From positions 129,842 through 193,841 of the forward strand of contig CBDBGQ010000053.1 in the NCBI GenBank assembly GCA_965205345.1: a stretch of DNA of 64,000 nucleotides, given 5' to 3'. Positions 59,009-64,000 of the stretch are shown piece after piece. The notes under the pieces were generated by a model. That model saw nothing but the letters and a program-made list of their open reading frames with translations. It was not told the DNA's origin and searched no databases. Within the stretch, counting starts at the first letter, position 1. Every line of letters starts with the position of its first letter. The position numbers were made by a program, and so were the translations under genes. Source of the DNA: Acidobacteriota bacterium. Its GTDB lineage: Bacteria; Acidobacteriota; UBA6911; RPQK01; CBDAPI01.

Positions 59009-59401
59009 TCAGCGAGAGAGTCGGGACAAACTCACGAGCAGAGCCGCGCTCAGAATCATGTGAAGCACCACGGCAGGCCACAGCAGCGGAGCCCGGGCCC
59101 CTCGGAGAAGACCAGCATGGGCCAGGACGAGAGCTGCCACCAGGTTGTAGACCAGCAATCCGCGGGCCACACCGATACCGGTGGAACTGCAGGGAGAGAA
59201 GCGCGCAAACCAGCAGGCTGTCGCCAGGGCCAGAAGGGCCCCTGCCGCCACTCTGCCGATCACCAGACCTGCGGAGTGGAGTGATTGGCCCAGAAGCATG
59301 CCCACAGCCGCTGACGGGTAGATCAGCAGTGCCATTGCCGTCGCGCCCTCCAGCAGGGCACCCGCCAACAACAATCGTTGCAAGAGAACTTCCGCCTTCA
59401 T
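59009..59401 (-). CDS. Small integral membrane protein (about 4 TM helices)
   Basis: Strongly hydrophobic 130-aa product. The competing overlapping ORF (58962-59447) is low-complexity P/G/R/S-rich and looks off-frame. Confidence 0.4.
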   Translation of the reverse strand: MKAEVLLQRLLLAGALLEGATAMALLIYPSAAVGMLLGQSLHSAGLVIGRVAAGALLALATACWFARFSPCSSTGIGVARGLLVYNLVAALVLAHAGLLRGARAPLLWPAVVLHMILSAALLVSLSRLSR

Positions 59402-59446
59402 GTGCCTGGTTCCGGGGAGTATCCGTCGTGGGTGGGCTGTTCTCCA

Positions 59447-60348
59447 CTAGAAACGTATCGGGAACCCGAACACGACTCCTGGACTCACGATATTGTATCG
59501 ATAGAAACTGGCACCCGAGCCCTCCTCATAATCGATACTCAGCGCCTTGAAAAGGATCTGGACTCCCATGTGACGGGTGAGGCGGAACTCGGCTCCGGCC
59601 TCGACGTTCCAGGTGAAGTCCGAGCCGGCGCCAAAGCCCCCGATGTCTCCCCTGGCGAGAAAGGAGGCCCGAGGAGAGATCTGGGTCGTGAAGCGGAGTC
59701 CGACAATCGGGTCGACCCAGTCCGGTGTGAACTCTCTCTCTGCGCCAGAGCCGATGCCTCCTGTTCTGGCGGCTCGTAAGTTCTGTCGAACATAGCGCAC
59801 CCCGCCCAGGACATCGACTCCAGTCTTAGACGATCCCAGCCGGTAGGCCAGAGCGGATTCAAAGGTCAGCATGTCAATGTCGACGTCGAGGCGGCCTCCG
59901 AGTGGAAGGTCGCCCTGGTCGCCAAGTGCCATGAAGTTGACATCGAAGAGGCCCGCCCAGGGTCCTTTGCGCACTTCAAATCGGCTGGCCACCGCAAACT
60001 CCAGATTGTCCAGAAGTGTCTTGGCACTGGTGTTGACATCACTCTCCAGGCCTCCCAGAGCCACATCTCCATCCATTCGGGCCAGGAAGAGGTAGGGAGT
60101 GATGACGACTTCCCACTTATCCAAACTCGCGCCGGGGGCTGAAGGCTGGAAGGAGCCACGAACGGTCCCGACTCTGGAGGTTCCGAACTTCGCTTCGCTT
60201 CGGGCTCCACAGCTCTCTCGGACTCGTTTCCCGTGGCGAAAGCGGTTGCCATCAGGAGGAGAAGCACAACGAGAAGACAGGCTGAGAGCCGAAGCCCTGG
60301 ACAATTCCACACCGGTTTTCTGTCAGACAGAAGGCTAATCAATCGCAT
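59447..60348 (-). pseudogene. Outer-membrane beta-barrel protein (OmpW/porin-like, C-terminal ...GFPIRF), with the signal peptide in a different frame from the mature part
   Basis: Frame A (60348 downwards) encodes MRLISLLSDRKPVWNCPGLRLSACLLVVLLLLMATAFATG. Frame B (60121 to 59447) encodes the beta-barrel with alternating hydrophobic strands and a terminal Phe. The shift lies between about 60121 and 60220. Confidence 0.5.
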
Positions 60349-60957
60349 CTCCGTACAGTTCCTGTTCTTTCCTTTTAAGTTAGGGGTTCCCCACTCAACC
60401 CGCCCGGAGTGTACCAGATCGGAGAGGTGTAGACGCGATCCTGACCAAATTCACATCTCTTCCTTCTTCGCCCGAAAGGTCCTTCTGCGAAACTGCTTAA
60501 TGACGTCTGTGGCCATGGTGCTTTCTCCCCCTTGTGTTGCGCCACGGCCAGCATCGATACCCCGACAGAGAGTGTCAAGTTCCACTCAAACTGTCCATAA
60601 TCCCGGAGGCTGAGGTCAATGTGTCTCATTGCTGCGAAGGGAAACGCAAAGCTTGATCACCAGTTTCCGAATCTCGGGCAGATCCCTGCCCGGGTGTTTT
60701 TCAGCGAACAGGCACGAGTCTGACGAAAACTAAGCGGGAACCACAGGCCCGAGAAGGGGGACAAGGTCAGTGAAGGACAGTGCTAGTCAAGGCGTTTGCT
60801 CAGTGCGTAATCTTCCCAGATCCATGGGAACTGGAGTCATGCTATTCATCCTGCCAACAATGACTCAATTAATGGCCTATCTTACACAAGTCAACGCCGA
60901 GATCCCTGATTAGGACCTCGGAATTCTCCACGCCCGCGGATTCCCGACCCGGGGGCC

Positions 60958-61338
60958 TCAGGGCGGGGAATAAAGGACCAGGTCCGGAATGTCTCGAAAG
61001 TCCCCCAGGTTCAAGGTCCACAGCGCAGCATCTCGGAGAATTGCACCCGCCGAGATGGCGAGATCAATTTCCCGACCCCTGGCCCTGGGGAGACGGGAAT
61101 AGAGATCTGCGGCCAGGGCCGCATCCTCCGGTCCGAACTCAATCGCACGACTACGAGGGAGAAGGGCCTCCTGCGCCTCGAGCTCCGCCGTAAGGCGAGG
61201 GCCGCGGAGCCACTCATAAAGCACCAGAGAAGGGAGAACGATTCGCTCACCTGCCTCAACGGCCGCGCGCAGCCGCAGGGCAGACCGTCGGGGCCCGCAC
61301 AACGCATCGATTAGCAGCGATGTGTCCAGAACAATCAA
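60958..61338 (-). CDS. PIN-domain toxin, VapC family
   Basis: N-terminal MIVLDTSLLID (first acidic residue) with conserved E, D and NLGDF acidic positions. It overlaps the upstream RHH gene by 4 bp. Confidence 0.75.
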   Translation of the reverse strand: MIVLDTSLLIDALCGPRRSALRLRAAVEAGERIVLPSLVLYEWLRGPRLTAELEAQEALLPRSRAIEFGPEDAALAADLYSRLPRARGREIDLAISAGAILRDAALWTLNLGDFRDIPDLVLYSPP

Positions 61339-61631
61339 CGCGACGTCTTCTCTGCCGTTTTCCGTCCGCCGCGATGGCGCGCCGCCCGGACCTGACGGAT
61401 TTCCTCATCGACTTCCGAAACAGGTCGCTCCGGAATGCGCAGAATGACTTCATCAAATACTCGTAGCATCCTCAATCTCTCTCTCTCGCCGAGCCGACCA
61501 ATTCTCTCACTGTAGTCGTGAATCGCCTCCCGGACAACCTGGCTCTTGGGCCTGGAGAGTCGTTCCGCAGCCTGGCGTAGCTTCGTCACCGTCGCCCGGT
61601 CGAGAGTGAAGGTCACTTTGATTTTTGCCAT
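61335..61631 (-). CDS. Ribbon-helix-helix (CopG/VapB-type) antitoxin
   Basis: N-terminal beta-strand KIKVTFTLDRATVTKLRQAAERL, typical of RHH. Paired with the PIN gene. Confidence 0.7.
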   Translation of the reverse strand: MAKIKVTFTLDRATVTKLRQAAERLSRPKSQVVREAIHDYSERIGRLGERERLRMLRVFDEVILRIPERPVSEVDEEIRQVRAARHRGGRKTAEKTSR

Positions 61632-61951
61632 ACTGCTGCCATAGTACCATATAACCTCTTAACTCTGCGGAATCCCCGTAATTCAAGGGACCGTATGATC
61701 TTCTTTGGTGAAACGTCATTGCGTCGGGCCTTGAGAGAGTTCGCCTTAGGGGTCTGCATTTCGAAGCGGATTACCGCCTCGTTGGACCTGGCGAGCGTCC
61801 TGACTACACTCAGGGACGTGACGTTGTGTTTCGCCAACGGCTTCACCCACTCAAGATAAGTCTCCCGGCCCTCTACGGGCCCAAACGGACTGGTATGGAT
61901 CTTACCCCAGTTTTGTTGAGGCGGGTAACAACATCGGAAGTCGCTTTGTGC

Positions 61952-62416
61952 TCAAGGTGCAAGAAGGTTCTTTGACGGCAGAATTACTCCGGTCTCTTGC
62001 GAGTAGCGATTCCAGATCTCAATCATCTCGTCACGGAGTTGGGGCATTCGCCTGGACAAGTCAACTGTTTCACCCGGGTCCCTTGCCAGGTCATAGAGCT
62101 GCCAATCGTCTGGGTCAAACGGTTTGACCAACCAAAGTAATTTGTAATCGCCCTTCCGGACGGCACGCATTCCAAACAACTCCCAGCTCACAGCGGTATC
62201 GTCTTCATAAACGACGCTTGCCCTTCCGCTGAGCACAGGAGATAAGGACCGACCGCGTAGCCGCTCGACTTTACGGCCCTTGTAGGAGGTGCCGGGATGA
62301 GGTGTCTGCGACGCCTCTAGAATTGTCGCAGCGATATCCATGACGTGCGAAAAAGCACCACTCCGCGTGTTCGGCTTCTCGACGCCCGGCCCGGCCACGA
62401 TTAGCGGCGAGCGAAT
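61952..62416 (-). pseudogene. C-terminal fragment of a second (paralogous) arylsulfatase, truncated at the IS1-family element
   Basis: Reads GIRSPLIVAGPGVEKPNTRSGAFSHVMDIAATILEASQT...WELFGMRAVRKGDYKLLW...LYDLARDPGETVDL, parallel to the C-terminus of the sulfatase at 45240-46875. The frame runs straight into the IS inverted repeat, where it hits a stop. Confidence 0.7.
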
Positions 62417-63273
62417 TCCGGTGCTTCTTCAGGGAAGTGTTGTTGAGTTCTGACGACATTCCGCGGTGGCCTGTAATCGGATCGCGATCAAAACAAACAA
62501 AAGGAATACCGCACGACTTGTGAAGACGTCCCGGAATGAGAGCCTTTTTTTGGCCAGGCCAGCTTGCATGGCTGGAGTCCTCACAGTCGAGCCGAACTTC
62601 ACAGCCGTGTGCGGTCGCAGAAAGTTGTAATAGGCCATGAGCAGAGCCACCTGGCCTTCCAAGAATTCAGCGCGTCGGGCGTGAGAAGGTGTGCGACGGC
62701 CGACCACTACGGAGACCCAAAGTCTGGACCACACTTCCAGGGTCGTGAGCACCCAGATCACCCGCTCCTTTGCACCAACAAAGGTCCTGATCTCGTCGGC
62801 CTGAAGTTCACAGATCACAAAGCCTTTCAGCATCTGAGCGTTGAAACGCTGTGCGTATGCGGCTGCCGATTCAAGCCAGCGGGCGACTGTGACCCAGGAC
62901 ATCCGCTTGATGCGAGCCATGGCGGAGATCCCGATTCCATGGACACACATACGGACGACTTCATCGAACAAGGATCTGGGCTTATGCAGCCGATAATAGG
63001 GTGTTCCGTGGGTGGAAGAGAAGGTTCTGCCGCACTGCTTGCAACGGTAGCGCCGGCATCTGCCCTGTGTGGTGATGTAAAAGGAATGGCGGATGATGTT
63101 GCCTCTTCCTGAGAGTCCTTTGAAGGAGCAATCGGGGTTGGGACAGCAGCGAGATGATCTCTTGCTCCGTTTCATACATGTTTGTTGCCAGAAAACGAAG
63201 AGGAAATCCAGTTAGAATCATGTGTTACGAGGCTGTCCGCAAAAGTCAACAACACTTCCCTGAAGAAGCACCG
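62417..63273 (-). mobile_element. IS1/IS1595-family insertion sequence (~857 bp) with perfect 29-bp terminal inverted repeats
   Basis: ccggtgcttcttcagggaagtgttgttga at 62417-62445 and its reverse complement at 63245-63273. No target-site duplication. Confidence 0.75.
62429..63175 (-). CDS. IS1/IS1595-family transposase with N-terminal zinc finger
   Basis: Has CPNPDCSFKG...CKQCGRTF (InsA-like zinc finger). ELQADEIRTFVGAKERVIWV and LLMAYYNFLRPHTAV...TPAM blocks parallel the other IS1-like transposase in this window. Confidence 0.7.
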   Translation of the reverse strand: MKRSKRSSRCCPNPDCSFKGLSGRGNIIRHSFYITTQGRCRRYRCKQCGRTFSSTHGTPYYRLHKPRSLFDEVVRMCVHGIGISAMARIKRMSWVTVARWLESAAAYAQRFNAQMLKGFVICELQADEIRTFVGAKERVIWVLTTLEVWSRLWVSVVVGRRTPSHARRAEFLEGQVALLMAYYNFLRPHTAVKFGSTVRTPAMQAGLAKKRLSFRDVFTSRAVFLLFVLIAIRLQATAECRQNSTTLP

Positions 63274-63400
63274 GATTTGCGAAGAATATCGGTTGGGGAG
63301 GCGTTTGAGTGGTTGGGGGAGTGAATTTCAGACAGATCTGGGCCTGGATGAGTATCGGAAGCGGTTTTTTGGGGAACTGGGAGAAGCTAGCTGGAGTTGA

Positions 63401-63614
63401 GGCGACTCAAGACGAGGTGGAAGAGGGGTTGTTCGGGAAAGGCTGAGGAAAGATGGACCCAGATGCGTCGAGTGGTTTGTCGGATGCGGGCCCCGATCTT
63501 GAGGACAGGCGACTCAAGACGAGGTGGAAGAGGGGTTGTTCGGGAAAGGCTGAGGAAAGATGGACCCAGATGCGTCGAGTGGTTTGTCGGATGCGGGCCC
63601 CGATCTTGAGGACA
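63401..63614. repeat. Perfect 107-bp tandem duplication (2 copies)
   Basis: 63401-63507 is identical to 63508-63614 (ggcgactcaagacgaggtggaagaggggttgttcgggaaagg...ccccgatcttgaggaca). It covers the 3' end of the IS4-like transposase ORF. Confidence 0.9.
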
Positions 63615-64000
63615 CGACGACGTAAGGTTTCGATTTCGAGCTTGTGCCAGGGAGTCCCGTGCAGATAGTCGCGGAGGCGCACGAACATCTGGTAAGCCAG
63701 TGCATGCAGGAGGAGTCGAAACTGATTGGCCAGGAATCGATGACAGCTGAGTCGGTCCATGCTCAGATGATTCTTGAAGGCCTTGATGAAGTTCTCGGTC
63801 TGCCCTCGGTTTGTATAGTGGTCATAAAGTGATTGGGAGCAGAGATCGTCCCGGTTGGTGACCACAAAGCGACGATTGATCCCGCGCTGATCGACCTCCA
63901 CTTTGACAATGACGCGACGGGATCGATCCCAGCTCTTGGCTCGATAAAGAAACTCGTCAAACTGACGCTGTTTTTCCTCCAGCTCAACGAACTGCAGCCG
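63407..64000 (-). CDS. IS4/IS1380-like DDE transposase, C-terminal part (5' end beyond window)
   Basis: Own translation continues open to position 64000 (...RLQFVELEEKQRQFDEFLYRAKSWDRSRRVIVKVEVDQRGINRRFVVTNRDDL...). Has the YTNRGQTENFIKAFKNHLSMDRL Y-x2-R-x3-E-x6-K signature of the IS4/IS5 superfamily. Confidence 0.6.
   Translation of the reverse strand, partial: RLQFVELEEKQRQFDEFLYRAKSWDRSRRVIVKVEVDQRGINRRFVVTNRDDLCSQSLYDHYTNRGQTENFIKAFKNHLSMDRLSCHRFLANQFRLLLHALAYQMFVRLRDYLHGTPWHKLEIETLRRRVLKIGARIRQTTRRIWVHLSSAFPEQPLFHLVLSRLSSRSGPASDKPLDASGSIFPQPFPNNPSSTSS

Noticed and set aside
58962-59447. 161-aa ORF overlapping the small membrane-protein gene
   Set aside because: It has low-complexity G/P/R/S-rich composition typical of an off-frame reading. 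The overlapping hydrophobic 130-aa frame is more gene-like.
61613-61846. 77-aa ORF with a KKIIRSLELRGF segment reminiscent of the HicA N-terminus
   Set aside because: The HicA-like motif lies at the wrong end of the peptide and the rest does not match. The ORF overlaps the vapB start and the sulfatase remnant region, so it is probably spurious or a degraded fragment.

Overview
This is a high-GC window of about 64 kb. It is probably from an Acidobacteria-like genome, based on a GWxTD domain protein, an acidobacterial-type VWA protein, a DUF1501/PSD1 (DUF1553) pair, many TPR proteins and a CRTAC1/ASPIC-UnbV protein. Positions 1-44 kb are a clean, mostly minus-strand run of catabolic and envelope genes. 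Genes there include 3-hydroxyacyl-CoA dehydrogenase, SDR, HpcH aldolase, two Gfo/Idh/MocA oxidoreductases, a sugar-phosphate isomerase/epimerase, an SMP-30 lactonase and a Zn-ADH. Further on come a PHP/CehA-OmpA fusion, a TPR operon, DUF1501/PSD1, and a split glutamate-synthase-like (mgsABC-like) operon with a GS-like gene and a FAD oxidoreductase. The 1-44 kb region ends with DmpA, VWA, a Ser/Thr kinase-TolB fusion and a YncE-propeller/phosphoesterase fusion. Positions 44-64 kb are an accessory, decay-prone region. It holds an IS256 element (with a frameshifted transposase) inserted into an arylsulfatase gene with a visible target-site duplication. It also holds an IS1/IS1595-like element bounded by ~33-bp inverted repeats that carries passenger genes (HTH-ImmA metallopeptidase fusion plus unknowns). 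Next to it are an IS5/IS1182-family IS, three copies of a CTAG-flanked MITE, an IS1-family element truncating a second sulfatase, and a partial IS4/IS1380-like transposase. The region also contains a VapBC pair, several frameshifted outer-membrane genes and a gene with an in-frame TGA. Other notable points are two tandem ~140-bp highly structured repeats upstream of the GS-like operon, a perfect 78-bp in-frame tandem duplication inside the kinase domain, and a perfect 107-bp tandem duplication at the right edge. No rRNA, tRNA or CRISPR was recognised. The ORF track evidently includes stop codons in its coordinates, accepts GTG starts, and omits ORFs that run off the window edges.
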